Of a DNA stretch of 34,427 nt, positions 1-8,944 are shown in pieces (within the stretch, counting starts at the first letter, position 1; each line of letters begins with the position of its first letter). Origin of the DNA: a virus (taxonomy: Duplodnaviria > Heunggongvirae > Uroviricota > Caudoviricetes); IMG/VR virus record IMGVR_UViG_2718217885_000001; one strand, given 5' to 3'. The notes under the pieces are model-generated. The model saw nothing but the letters and a program-made list of their open reading frames with translations. It searched no databases and had not been told where the DNA came from. A program made the translations under genes and the position numbers.

Positions 1-1023
1 TTATGTGGATGAAATGTGGATGCCTCCTTTTAACGGATTAAGTGAAATTGCATCCTGGAGGAAATCAGGAGCGAGGTGCGCATAGGTCATAGTTTGCTGG
101 ATCGTGGCGTGCCCCATAATTCGCTGGAGCGTAAGTATATTTCCTCCATTAATCATAAAGTGAGCAGCAAAGGTATGGCGTAGAACATGTACAGCCTGTC
201 CTTTTGGTAGGTCTGGCTTAACACTGCGAAGCACCTTGCGATATTCCTCATAATTGACGTCAAACAAAAGGCCGGATTTCTTTGTTTTGATCTCACTAAC
301 AACTTCATCAGAGACAGGAATAATTCGAACTTTTCCGTTTTTAGTTTTGTTAAACGTCACGCGATTATTGATGATGTGTTCCGCGCGCAGATTTTTCGCT
401 TCTCCCCATCTCGCCCCAGTACTGAGACAAAGTAGCGTAATCCGCCGGGCATCACCGCTTACTGCATCCAGTAATTTGGCGATTTCTTCCGTGGTGAGAT
501 ACGTCATTTCGGGTGATTTTCGTTTCAAAGAGGGGAGGGCGCGGAGCGGATTTTCTCCGTGAAATTCCCCGGCATTTGCCAGGAGTGTAAACATTCCTCC
601 GAGATCCGACTCATCACGCCGAACAGTAGACTCTTTTACTCCCAAGGATAAACGGGAGCTTCGATAAGCGGCCATGAAACGAGCATTAATCTGGCTAACC
701 CTTGGATCATTCATTTCTTTGATGATTTTTTTCAACCTGGTTAGAACGCCGTTAGCATATGGCTTATTGCGTCCACCCAATTCCCACCATAACGGAAGCA
801 GATCTGAGAGATGACGTTGCTCTGTTGGCTTTTCAAGCCATTCCTTATCGTGCATGTGGCTGAGAACATAACGCTCAAAGGCCACTGCATCTGCCTTTTT
901 CTTAAAAATCCGCTGAATCCGACGTCCACTTCGGCCACGCGGTCTAACATCCACTTTATACCGTCCACCATCGAGCGCTTTAATTGCCATTGGCAAGCCC
1001 TCCGGTGAAACGAGGAAAGACAT
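1..1023 (-). CDS. int: Tyrosine site-specific integrase (P2 Int-like)
   Basis: 340-aa ORF; C-terminal catalytic signature VLRHTFAAHF ... GHATIQQTMTYAHLAP (R..H-x-x-R ... Y); sits downstream of the repressor on the same strand as in P2. Confidence 0.9.
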   Translation of the reverse strand: MSFLVSPEGLPMAIKALDGGRYKVDVRPRGRSGRRIQRIFKKKADAVAFERYVLSHMHDKEWLEKPTEQRHLSDLLPLWWELGGRNKPYANGVLTRLKKIIKEMNDPRVSQINARFMAAYRSSRLSLGVKESTVRRDESDLGGMFTLLANAGEFHGENPLRALPSLKRKSPEMTYLTTEEIAKLLDAVSGDARRITLLCLSTGARWGEAKNLRAEHIINNRVTFNKTKNGKVRIIPVSDEVVSEIKTKKSGLLFDVNYEEYRKVLRSVKPDLPKGQAVHVLRHTFAAHFMINGGNILTLQRIMGHATIQQTMTYAHLAPDFLQDAISLNPLKGGIHISST

Positions 1024-1056
1024 TTCCAGTTTGTAAAACGTAAGAATAATAAAGGG

Positions 1057-1374
1057 TTAGCCAATTTTCCTTTCGGATGGGGGTAAGTCCGTTGGCTCTT
1101 GCCCATAGTGTGCGAGAGCCGGAGCTATCTGCCCGGATTCAGGCGCAATTTTCCCAGTCATAAACCACAACGCATATTTCTCAAATCTGGGGTTGTTTAG
1201 TATTTGCTCAATTACTTCAGCATTAGGGATAGTTTTACCGCTTTCATATCTCCACAGAGCATCACGGTTTAAACCAAGCATTTTTGCTGTATCCGGGAGG
1301 CTAGTAAGTCTCTCGCTTTCACGCATGATTTTTATGCGCTCTCCAATAGTCATACGCATGTTGCAATTCTCCAA
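1057..1374 (-). CDS. C: Immunity repressor (P2 C-like, HTH)
   Basis: 105-aa ORF; recalled similarity to P2 C (ERIKIMRESERLT..., ...YALWFMTGKIAPESGQIAPALAHYGQ); upstream of and co-oriented with int. Confidence 0.8.
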   Translation of the reverse strand: MENCNMRMTIGERIKIMRESERLTSLPDTAKMLGLNRDALWRYESGKTIPNAEVIEQILNNPRFEKYALWFMTGKIAPESGQIAPALAHYGQEPTDLPPSERKIG

Positions 1375-1454
1375 CGTCTGTATTAATGTTTATACAAATG
1401 AGTTTGATTTGGGGCATCCGTCGCAAGAAATACCCCAAACAGGGAGATTATCAC
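1375..1454. promoter_or_regulatory. Divergent early promoter/operator region between the repressor and cox-like gene (Pc/Pe-like switch)
   Basis: 80-bp AT-rich spacer between divergent starts; -10-like hexamers (tattaat, tatacaa); 7-bp inverted repeat tttgggg (1408-1414) / ccccaaa (1433-1439). Confidence 0.5.
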
Positions 1455-1781
1455 ATGAATGAAGAACTATTGAGGGCATTGTTTAAGATCCCAGACCCCA
1501 TCACCGTCGATGAGTTTTCCCGCCGCACAGGTAAGACCGAATCAGCCGTAAGAAAGTTGGTAGAGCGTCGACTCATCCCTCTAACTACTGAGCGCGAGGT
1601 TTTAGGCGAGGAAGGGAGTTCGCGCCGTCTTCTCATCCTTTGGAATGAGTGGCTCGAAATGGTCTATGACGCAACGAAACAGCTTCCTCCTGAGCGTAAA
1701 GATTGGCGCAATCACTGGCTTAAGAAAGCCAAGAAGCTGGCGGAAGATTTGGGATTAGGCTTTCTTAATTTTGCTGCATGA
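1455..1781 (+). CDS. cox: Cox/Apl-like excisionase-regulator (small HTH protein)
   Basis: ATG at 1455 with agggag RBS 9 nt upstream; first gene of the rightward early operon, divergent from the repressor; HTH-like segment VDEFSRRTGKTESAVRKLVERRLIP. Confidence 0.6.
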   Translation: MNEELLRALFKIPDPITVDEFSRRTGKTESAVRKLVERRLIPLTTEREVLGEEGSSRRLLILWNEWLEMVYDATKQLPPERKDWRNHWLKKAKKLAEDLGLGFLNFAA

Positions 1782-1799
1782 GATGCAGGGAGTTTTGAT

Positions 1800-2141
1800 A
1801 TGAAACAGCAACGTAATTCACGCTTTCGTAATGGTGCTGAACGCCACGCTAACCGTTTCGCTACCAGTGCATCACGCAGCAACATCCGCTACAGCCTGAG
1901 TGATACACACGCAACGCCGGATGGCTACCCAGTAAAACAAATCGGCGAGCATGCCTGGCTGATTGAGAAAGCTGGAATCGTGGTCCACAAATGCCCACGC
2001 AATCCGTTTACCGGAAACCGCATTTTTGCATTGAGCTGCGGCGACAATCAATTCGGGCAGGATTTCACATTATACGAAGCACTTCGCACGGTTGATCGTC
2101 TGCTTCGTGGGCAAAGTTTTATTAAACAGGCTGATTTATAA
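1800..2141 (+). CDS. Hypothetical early protein (113 aa)
   Basis: ORF packed tightly in the early operon after cox; no motif recognised. Confidence 0.5.
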   Translation: MKQQRNSRFRNGAERHANRFATSASRSNIRYSLSDTHATPDGYPVKQIGEHAWLIEKAGIVVHKCPRNPFTGNRIFALSCGDNQFGQDFTLYEALRTVDRLLRGQSFIKQADL

Positions 2142-2151
2142 CAGGTGCTTT

Positions 2152-2430
2152 ATGACCAAAGAGCATGCACAAGGTGTATTTATCCGTTTTATTGATTTTC
2201 GCGGTGAACTGTTATTACGCGCATCAGCCATTGACGGAGTTGTTCCATCCGAAAAAAACGCAGCTACTTACGTTTATCTGAACGGTACGCGCCTGACTGT
2301 GGAGCTTCTGTACCAGACCGTGCGAGAAATCATTAGCGAAGCTGAAAAGGCACGTCAGGTTAATGGCGATGAACCATATATCGAAATTATTTGTATGGAT
2401 TCAGAAGCTGAAATTCAGAAAGCAGATTAA
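2152..2430 (+). CDS. Hypothetical early protein (92 aa)
   Basis: ATG at 2152 in frame with the 2092..2430 ORF; operon context. Confidence 0.5.
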   Translation: MTKEHAQGVFIRFIDFRGELLLRASAIDGVVPSEKNAATYVYLNGTRLTVELLYQTVREIISEAEKARQVNGDEPYIEIICMDSEAEIQKAD

Positions 2431-2441
2431 AGGGCGTTGCG

Positions 2442-2684
2442 ATGGGCAAAGAATATAAAACTCTCATTAACAAAGCACTTGAACGATTTTATTTTCGCTT
2501 AAGTGCATCAGGCGCTCATGCTGAACGTGCAGCCCGTGACTCATTGACCAGGGCAATCCGGAGTTTGTATGACGTCGCTTTTTACGCTGATGATCTGGAT
2601 GCACTTAACGAACTTTCCGAGCTGATCTGTGCCGCAGAATGCGGGGAACATATTGAACCGTATAAGCTGGGGAATATCGCATGA
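2442..2684 (+). CDS. Hypothetical early protein (80 aa)
   Basis: ORF with start 11 nt after the previous stop. Confidence 0.5.
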   Translation: MGKEYKTLINKALERFYFRLSASGAHAERAARDSLTRAIRSLYDVAFYADDLDALNELSELICAAECGEHIEPYKLGNIA

Positions 2685-2794
2685 GTATATTTATCTCATG
2701 GCTTGTTCTGATTATTTCGGTGGCCTGCGCCATTGGAATTATGCGAATTATTCATTCAGTAAAAAAGATTGAACGTTTTTTCACTGGTGAATAA
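2681..2794 (+). CDS. Small hydrophobic peptide (37 aa, single predicted TM helix), translationally coupled (ATGA overlap)
   Basis: Read directly: MSIFISWLVLIISVACAIGIMRIIHSVKKIERFFTGE; ATG overlaps the upstream stop; below the ORF-track length cutoff. Confidence 0.35.
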   Translation: MSIFISWLVLIISVACAIGIMRIIHSVKKIERFFTGE

Positions 2795-2887
2795 CGATAC
2801 AAATAAAACATCAAATTAAATAAGAAAACGTGAAAACCATCCGTATTAACGGAGGTATTCGCACACGCAAATAACGGAGATACAAAA

Positions 2888-3298
2888 ATGCACGCAAAAG
2901 AAGAAGGTATCATCAGAGCACTGAAAGAAATTTCAAAGACAGAAAACGAAGTAGCGAAAAAAGCCATAGCAAATAATCATATGGACGTCGCAACCCACAC
3001 ACTGATAGTCGCAAGAGTCACGGCAGAAGCAGCCGAAATTATCGCAAAACAGGATGCTGAACTGGCGGTTCTCAGAACACAACCAGTCACCGGACTGGAT
3101 TTGTCTAACACCGGACGCCTTATTTACACAATTGGCCCGGAGCTACAGCGATACACCATTATCGCCGGGTTACAGGATAAATACCTGATCACTCCTCACC
3201 CCATAAGGGAATCAGAAATTCTGACAAATCTCCGCCTGATAGAGCGCTCTCAAGTCGCATTCATTGATGACGCACAGTGCACCGTATTTAACGCATAG
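2888..3298 (+). CDS. Hypothetical early protein (136 aa)
   Basis: ORF with acggaga RBS; AT-rich leader. Confidence 0.5.
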   Translation: MHAKEEGIIRALKEISKTENEVAKKAIANNHMDVATHTLIVARVTAEAAEIIAKQDAELAVLRTQPVTGLDLSNTGRLIYTIGPELQRYTIIAGLQDKYLITPHPIRESEILTNLRLIERSQVAFIDDAQCTVFNA

Positions 3299-3321
3299 AG
3301 TTACTGGACAAAGGGGGCGCA

Positions 3322-3525
3322 ATGGCAATTAAGCATTTTCCCGTCGTTCGCTTTACCTCCAGAGGGCGCGAATACGAGGTCGACGAACGCCTGATTACCA
3401 CTATCGACAAACATCGTTCGGAAAAGGATGCACACCACATCTACCTCACTGACGGCACTTACTTCTGCGCCACTAATGTGGCGCGGGTAAACCTTATCCG
3501 ACAGGTACAGGAGCCACGCAGATGA
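3322..3525 (+). CDS. Hypothetical small early protein (67 aa)
   Basis: ORF with aaggggg RBS; 4-nt overlap with the next gene. Confidence 0.5.
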   Translation: MAIKHFPVVRFTSRGREYEVDERLITTIDKHRSEKDAHHIYLTDGTYFCATNVARVNLIRQVQEPRR

Positions 3526-3788
3526 CCATTCTGGACTACATCGCTACTCATCCGGGGTGTAGCGGCGGAGAGATCGCCGCAGCACTGAATACTCCAACCA
3601 CAGCCATTAATGCTGAGTTACGCCAACTTTGGCGCGGCGGCTTAGTCATCAGAACAAACCGCAGCACAGGTGGTCGCGCTCGCAAAACTGGAGGCCAGGC
3701 TTCTTACCACGTAAACCCGATGCCGTTCGGGTGTAGCAATCCACTTACTCACATGTTTAACCAGCTACTGAAGGAAGCCAGAACATGA
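3522..3788 (+). CDS. Hypothetical protein, possible winged-helix DNA-binding (88 aa)
   Basis: ATGA overlap with the upstream gene; segment ILDYIATHPGCSGGEIAAAL resembles winged-helix regulators (weak). Confidence 0.5.
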   Translation: MTILDYIATHPGCSGGEIAAALNTPTTAINAELRQLWRGGLVIRTNRSTGGRARKTGGQASYHVNPMPFGCSNPLTHMFNQLLKEART

Positions 3789-4084
3789 GCACCATCAACC
3801 ACCAGAAGCTACGCGAACTGGCATTTGCCCTGCAACGAATGGCAACACCTCAAAAATTACTGGCATTTCGCGCAATGCTCTCGCCGTCTGCTGCGCTGGC
3901 ATTGCTGGATGAGCTGGAGCACGCCAGAACCACGGCTCCTGCCATTCGCCTGACGCTCCATCATGAAATCGCTGATTTCTGCGCGACATTGGAGGTGCCA
4001 GGCGAACCGGAAACGCCGGAAGCAATACAGCAAGAGCTGCTGCAACGTATTGACAAGGTTTTTGATTTTTTTTTGAACCAGTAA
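3785..4084 (+). CDS. Hypothetical protein (99 aa)
   Basis: ATGA-coupled ORF; followed by a terminator-like hairpin. Confidence 0.5.
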   Translation: MSTINHQKLRELAFALQRMATPQKLLAFRAMLSPSAALALLDELEHARTTAPAIRLTLHHEIADFCATLEVPGEPETPEAIQQELLQRIDKVFDFFLNQ

Positions 4085-4204
4085 GAAACCAGAGCATGCA
4101 CACACAAAAAAACCGCTTGCCATGCCGCAATCAGTCAGGTTACATTTCCGCTGCACCTCATAAAACGGGTGCCGGGTTTCGCAGCCTGCTGACTACAAGA
4201 GCGC

Positions 4205-4232
4205 ACAACCGCGCCAGCGGTTTTTTTGTGCG
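4205..4232 (+). terminator. Putative intrinsic terminator inside a structured intergenic region
   Basis: cgcacaACCGCgccaGCGGTttttttgtgcg: GC stem followed by T7, nested in an outer cgcacaa/ttgtgcg pairing. Confidence 0.45.
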
Positions 4233-4406
4233 TACTGTATTGCCACGTTTTTTTCGCGTCAGAATTATGGCGGGGCGTACGGGGCCGACTTCGGTCGGGC
4301 CGGGATCTCTTGTAGCCGGTACTGCGAACCTCGTACGTCTCGCCACCCACAGTTTCGCAGCTCTGGATGGTGAGTTTTCACAACTTACTACAAGAGGCCA
4401 CATATC

Positions 4407-4637
4407 ATGGCAAACCGCAAACAGCACCGCACTATCGCGGAGCGTCGTCACATCCAGACTGAAATCAACCGCAGACTTTCCCGCGCATTCCGCGTCGCTA
4501 AAATCATGCACATCAATATGCTGCATGAGCGTAGCTGCGAACTTTCAAACCTCTATTCATCCGCTGTTTTCAGCTATCTGGCGGATGATCTGCGCGAGCT
4601 TCAACAGCTCATCCAGCAGCAAAACAAACTCCATTAA
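4407..4637 (+). CDS. Hypothetical small basic protein (76 aa)
   Basis: ATG at 4407 preceded by aagagg RBS; sits before the gpA-like gene where P2 has small orfs. Confidence 0.5.
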   Translation: MANRKQHRTIAERRHIQTEINRRLSRAFRVAKIMHINMLHERSCELSNLYSSAVFSYLADDLRELQQLIQQQNKLH

Positions 4638-4709
4638 TTCCTGTTCCGGGCCTTTCCTGCACCTTGCGGCGGGAGGCCTTCGCACATCTGTAACAAGAGG
4701 ATTGCCGCA

Positions 4710-5075
4710 ATGATTCTCGCCAACGACTTTCTTGAATACCTGCTCAACACAGAACGTGATCTTGCCGCTCGCGTGCGTGATCGTTATGACATGTACCTGA
4801 AATCCCTGCCTGTACCGCAGCTCGCTGACGGAAAGATTGTTATTGATGGTCGCTACATGATTGACAGCCACGAGGGAAATTACAGGCTTTACCGCATTGA
4901 AGGTGGCACCCCGTCCGTTATTGGCATTTACCAGCGCTCATCCTCTGCAATCGTCGATGTGATTGCCGACAGCATCCGCATCACACATCGCCATGCCGAC
5001 ACAGAAGACACCGTGCTGGAAATTCAGCGGCTGGCTGCCGTCTGCCGCGACACCCTGAATGGCATGACGAAGTAA
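4710..5075 (+). CDS. Hypothetical protein (121 aa)
   Basis: ORF with aagagga RBS. Confidence 0.5.
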   Translation: MILANDFLEYLLNTERDLAARVRDRYDMYLKSLPVPQLADGKIVIDGRYMIDSHEGNYRLYRIEGGTPSVIGIYQRSSSAIVDVIADSIRITHRHADTEDTVLEIQRLAAVCRDTLNGMTK

Positions 5076-5081
5076 ATCACT

Positions 5082-7904
5082 ATGACGGCAGAGTACATCA
5101 GGGACTGGCAACAACCGCGCCACGCAGTGGGACGTGAAGGAACGGGGATCCCCGTTCCTGAATCTGCGCTTTCCTCCTGGCTGGATGCCTACCGGGCAGA
5201 GAACGAGCGCCGCCAGGAAATGGCTGATGCGGCGTTCTCCGCCACGCCGCTGGGCAACCTGATTAATAAAAGCCTGGATGCACAGGAAAAACAGGACAAA
5301 ACCATCACACTGGCAGGAGACGCCAGAAAACAGGCACGCGGCGCGGTGGATGAAGCCATGGCCTCGCTGCGCCTGCTGCCGTCCTATCTGCGCGATCCGC
5401 TTATTCGCCACCTCTCCTTCCTGCGCAAAAAACAGGAAGTCGATCGCCGGAAAGGCAAAAAGAGCTGGCAGGCTGAACGCTACGCGCGCGGAACCCTGCG
5501 CAAAATATTCGAACGTCTGGACCGCACCGACCACCGCTGGCTGACACCGGGTTATCGCTCCCTTGCCGGACGCGAACGCCTGGATGATTTGCTTTACCTG
5601 CCGCAGCTCAACAAGCACCAGATACAGACGCTGGCCACCATGACGGCGGCGATGTTCAGCAGCACCTTCGAAAAACTCTGCGATGGCTTTGGCGCGACTG
5701 ATGGCGAACTGACCATGGATGTAACGCTGAAGGCGTATCAGATGCTGGCCCGCATGGCGTTACACCTGCACGCCATGCCTCCACATTATGACGCACTGAC
5801 AACAGACAAAGACCGGAGGAACGAACCGGACACGGAGCTGCTGCCGGGCGCAATCCTTCGCCTGACCTGTGCGGAATGGTGGAAACGCAAACTGTGGCTG
5901 TTACGTTGCGAGTGGAGAGAAGAACAACTCCGCGCCGCCTGTCTGGTTTCCAGAAAAACATCACCCTATCTGAGCCAGGACGCGTTAAGCGAGTTTCGCG
6001 CACAGCGCGAGAAAACACGCGATTTCCTGAAAAGTTTCATGCTGGAAAATGAAGACGGGTTCACGATTGATCTCGAGACAGTGTATTACGCGGGAGTAAG
6101 TAACCCGGTTCACCGTAAGGCAGAAATGATGGCCACCATGAAGGGACTGGAACTTCTGGCCGAAGCCCGTGGCGACAGAGCGGTGTTTCTGACTGTCACC
6201 TGCCCGTCAAAATACCACGCAACAACGGAGAACGGTCATCCGAACCCCAAATGGAACGGGGCCACCATGCGCGACTCCAGCGATTACCTGGTTAACACGT
6301 TTTTTGCGGCGGTCCGCAAAAAACTGAACCGCGACGGCCTGCGCTGGTATGGCATCCGCACGGTGGAGCCTCACCATGACGGAACCGTGCACTGGCATAT
6401 GATGGTCTTTGCCCATCCGGAAGAAATCGACACCATTGTGTCCCACACCCGCGATATTGCCATTCAGGAAGATCGTCACGAGCTGGGCGATGATATTACT
6501 CCGCGCTTTAAGGCGGAGTATGTAGACGGCTCAAAAGGCACGCCAACCAGCTACATCGCCACCTACATCGGAAAGAACCTGGACAGCCGCGCCGTGGATG
6601 GCATCGACCCGAAAACGGGCAAACCACGCGTTGACCACGAAACAGGAAAATCAATGGCCGAGAGCGTGGAGCGCGCCATCGGCTGGGCGCGCCTTCACCG
6701 GGTCCGCCAGTTCCAGTTCTTTGGCATTCCCTCCCGTCAGGTGTGGCGTGAACTCCGCCGCCTTGCCAGCCAGATGGCACGCAACCCGGAGGGCCCGCAA
6801 CGGCTGAAGGATGACGCAATGGATGCGGTTCTTGCTGCCGCTGATGCCGGGTGTTTTGCCACCTACATTGAAAAACAGGGTGGCGTACTTGTTCCGCGCA
6901 AGGACTACCTGATTCGCACAGCCTACGACCTCGCAGATGAGCTGAACGATTACGGCGAACAGAGTGTACAGATTTACGGGATCTGGTCGCCACTCATCGG
7001 GGAATCCTCCCGTGTGTGCACGCACCCGGATAACTGGAAGCTGGTAAGACGTAAACCGGAAGCGGAAGACAGCACCCACGAAAATGGTTTTGACCTTCAG
7101 GGCGGCCCTGCCGCCCCTTGGACTCGTGGCAATAACTGTCCCCGTGTACAGGAAACGGACAACAACGGGACAGAACAGCCGGAAGAACGGCCAGCACCGT
7201 GGCCGCAGCTCCCTGACGGCGTTGAAGTGAACGAATGGATGCGCTCACTGAAACGGCACGAACGCCGGGCGCTGATGCGTTCGCTTCGTGACAAACAGGC
7301 AAAAAACAGCAGTGATGAAATGCAGAGCTGGACACAGAGCCGCAAACAGCAGCGGCCTTTGCCTGATAACCACGAATTACTCGCTAAAGAATGGCGGGAG
7401 TCTGCTGAATCTCTCGGCCTGCATATCGGTGAACAACAGATGCAGCACCTGTTACGGGGCGGCAGTCTGTACGTTGACGGCAGCATCATTGCACCGCAGG
7501 GGTTTGAAATTGTACGCAAACCGGATACCCGCCCGGACAGCCGAATCACGCAGCTCTGGCAGCGCCTGAGCCGTAATCACGGCGTAAGCAGCACGGAGAT
7601 CCGCCATAACCCGGTCGCCAGCTATCTGGCGCAACTGGGGGCATCAGACCCTGAAGCCGCCGCACGCCTGGCATCCACACTTCAGCAGGACCAGAACACC
7701 ATGAAAACACCCGTTACCGTGCTTTCTGACATGCTGCGCGCCATCCGCGACACAGAGCACGCACAGAGAATCAGTGAAACCACTGAACGCGCCCGCCGCA
7801 AAGCAGACCTGCTGCGGGGTGGCCTGACCATTGGAAACAAAAAACAGACAGAAACGGGATTCACAAATCCCGTAAATGAGCAAAAAACGCGCCGCGATAT
7901 ATGA
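5082..7904 (+). CDS. A: Rolling-circle replication initiation endonuclease (P2 gpA-like, HUH superfamily), unusually long at 940 aa
   Basis: HUH-type motif GTVHWHMMVF and paired catalytic tyrosines YIATYIGKN (Y-x3-Y) as in P2 A / phiX174 A; canonical position after the small early genes. Confidence 0.85.
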   Translation: MTAEYIRDWQQPRHAVGREGTGIPVPESALSSWLDAYRAENERRQEMADAAFSATPLGNLINKSLDAQEKQDKTITLAGDARKQARGAVDEAMASLRLLPSYLRDPLIRHLSFLRKKQEVDRRKGKKSWQAERYARGTLRKIFERLDRTDHRWLTPGYRSLAGRERLDDLLYLPQLNKHQIQTLATMTAAMFSSTFEKLCDGFGATDGELTMDVTLKAYQMLARMALHLHAMPPHYDALTTDKDRRNEPDTELLPGAILRLTCAEWWKRKLWLLRCEWREEQLRAACLVSRKTSPYLSQDALSEFRAQREKTRDFLKSFMLENEDGFTIDLETVYYAGVSNPVHRKAEMMATMKGLELLAEARGDRAVFLTVTCPSKYHATTENGHPNPKWNGATMRDSSDYLVNTFFAAVRKKLNRDGLRWYGIRTVEPHHDGTVHWHMMVFAHPEEIDTIVSHTRDIAIQEDRHELGDDITPRFKAEYVDGSKGTPTSYIATYIGKNLDSRAVDGIDPKTGKPRVDHETGKSMAESVERAIGWARLHRVRQFQFFGIPSRQVWRELRRLASQMARNPEGPQRLKDDAMDAVLAAADAGCFATYIEKQGGVLVPRKDYLIRTAYDLADELNDYGEQSVQIYGIWSPLIGESSRVCTHPDNWKLVRRKPEAEDSTHENGFDLQGGPAAPWTRGNNCPRVQETDNNGTEQPEERPAPWPQLPDGVEVNEWMRSLKRHERRALMRSLRDKQAKNSSDEMQSWTQSRKQQRPLPDNHELLAKEWRESAESLGLHIGEQQMQHLLRGGSLYVDGSIIAPQGFEIVRKPDTRPDSRITQLWQRLSRNHGVSSTEIRHNPVASYLAQLGASDPEAAARLASTLQQDQNTMKTPVTVLSDMLRAIRDTEHAQRISETTERARRKADLLRGGLTIGNKKQTETGFTNPVNEQKTRRDI

Positions 7905-7946
7905 AGCGCGCATAAAACAGGCAAAAACGGGATTTCAGAATCCCGT
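7854..7946. repeat. Two copies of a 20-bp palindrome ACGGGATT-N4-AATCCCGT (7854-7873 and 7927-7946), 73 bp apart, upstream of the parM-like gene
   Basis: Read directly; both copies sit in an AAA-flanked context; first copy overlaps the 3' end of the gpA ORF; candidate centromere/operator. Confidence 0.55.
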
Positions 7947-7980
7947 AAACGATTAATTAATCAACATAAGGAAAAGCGAC

Positions 7981-8940
7981 ATGAAAATTTGTATCGATGA
8001 CGGCTCCACCAACATCAAGCTGGCATGGACTGAGAACGGCGAACGCCGCAACGCCATCAGCCCGAACAGCTTCAAGTCGGAATGGTCTGCGCCGTTCGGT
8101 GGCACGCAGCCCGCGAACTACATGCTTGATGGCGTGCGCTATGGTTTTGATCCGGTCAGCGATCGCTTTGTCCAGACGACCGACACGCAATACCAGTACA
8201 GCGATGTGAATGTCATTGCCATTCATCACGCGCTGGTCAAATCAGGCATCACACCACAGGAAGTGGATGTGGTTGTCACCCTGCCACTGAGCGAATATTT
8301 CGACACAAACGCACAGCCGGACATGGCCAACATCAACCGCAAAAAAGCAAACGTCATGCGCCCGGTGGCGTACCAGAACGGAAAAGCATTCACTATCCGT
8401 AACGTACGGGTTATGCCTGAATCCATTCCGGCTGGTTTTAAAGCACTGGCTGACATGAGTCCGTTTGAATCCCTGCTGATTGTGGATTTAGGCGGAACCA
8501 CGCTGGATGTGGCAAAGGTTCAGGGACAACTGGCAGGTATCAGCCAGGTGTTTTGCGATCCACACGTAGGCGTTTCCCTGATGGCCGATGCCGTACTGTC
8601 GGTGATGGCCACTAACGGTATGCGTACCAGTCACCACATCGCCAATACCATTATCGAACATCGCCATGATGAAGCCTGGCTGCGCCAGCACATCCACAAT
8701 GACGCGCATTACGCCAGCCTGATGGCGGTTATTCGTGAAAAGGAAGAAACACTGAAACAACGCGTGATCCGCGCGCTGGCGGGTTTTTCGGGTTACGGGC
8801 GGGTGATGGTTGTCGGTGGCGGGGCGGAGATTGTGGCACCCGCTATCCGCGAAGCCTGCGGAGTTAATGCGACTTTCATCGCGGACGGGGTGCCACAGTT
8901 TGCTCTGGTTAATGGGCTGTACGCAATGGACAAGGAGTAA
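7981..8940 (+). CDS. parM: Actin-like ATPase of the ParM/StbA family (type II plasmid-partition NTPase homologue)
   Basis: 319 aa; recalled similarity to plasmid R1 ParM across the length (IDDGSTNIKL, ISPNSFK, YSDVNVIAIHHAL, VMPESIPAGF, LLIVDLGGTTLD, VGVSLM, VMVVGGGAEI, LVNGLY); aaggaaaag RBS. Confidence 0.8.
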   Translation: MKICIDDGSTNIKLAWTENGERRNAISPNSFKSEWSAPFGGTQPANYMLDGVRYGFDPVSDRFVQTTDTQYQYSDVNVIAIHHALVKSGITPQEVDVVVTLPLSEYFDTNAQPDMANINRKKANVMRPVAYQNGKAFTIRNVRVMPESIPAGFKALADMSPFESLLIVDLGGTTLDVAKVQGQLAGISQVFCDPHVGVSLMADAVLSVMATNGMRTSHHIANTIIEHRHDEAWLRQHIHNDAHYASLMAVIREKEETLKQRVIRALAGFSGYGRVMVVGGGAEIVAPAIREACGVNATFIADGVPQFALVNGLYAMDKE

Positions 8941-8944
8941 ACCA

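Noticed and set aside
741-1106. 121-aa minus-strand ORF overlapping the 5' end of the integrase gene
   Set aside because: Alternate-frame shadow of the integrase; no RBS or independent support.
4269-4349. Possible tRNA-like element suggested by the nested hairpins
   Set aside because: No acceptor-stem pairing between the 5' end and the sequence before the CC-rich 3' end, no encoded CCA in register and no convincing T-loop.
4096-4713. 205-aa plus-strand ORF and overlapping minus-strand ORFs across the structured intergenic region
   Set aside because: Ser/Thr/Arg-rich low-complexity translation, no RBS, and the region is dominated by hairpins and repeats; treated as noncoding.
5278-7634. Multiple 60-160-aa ORFs in alternative frames and on the opposite strand within gene A
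   Set aside because: Frame shadows of a high-GC coding region; Arg/Pro/Cys-rich with no start signals.
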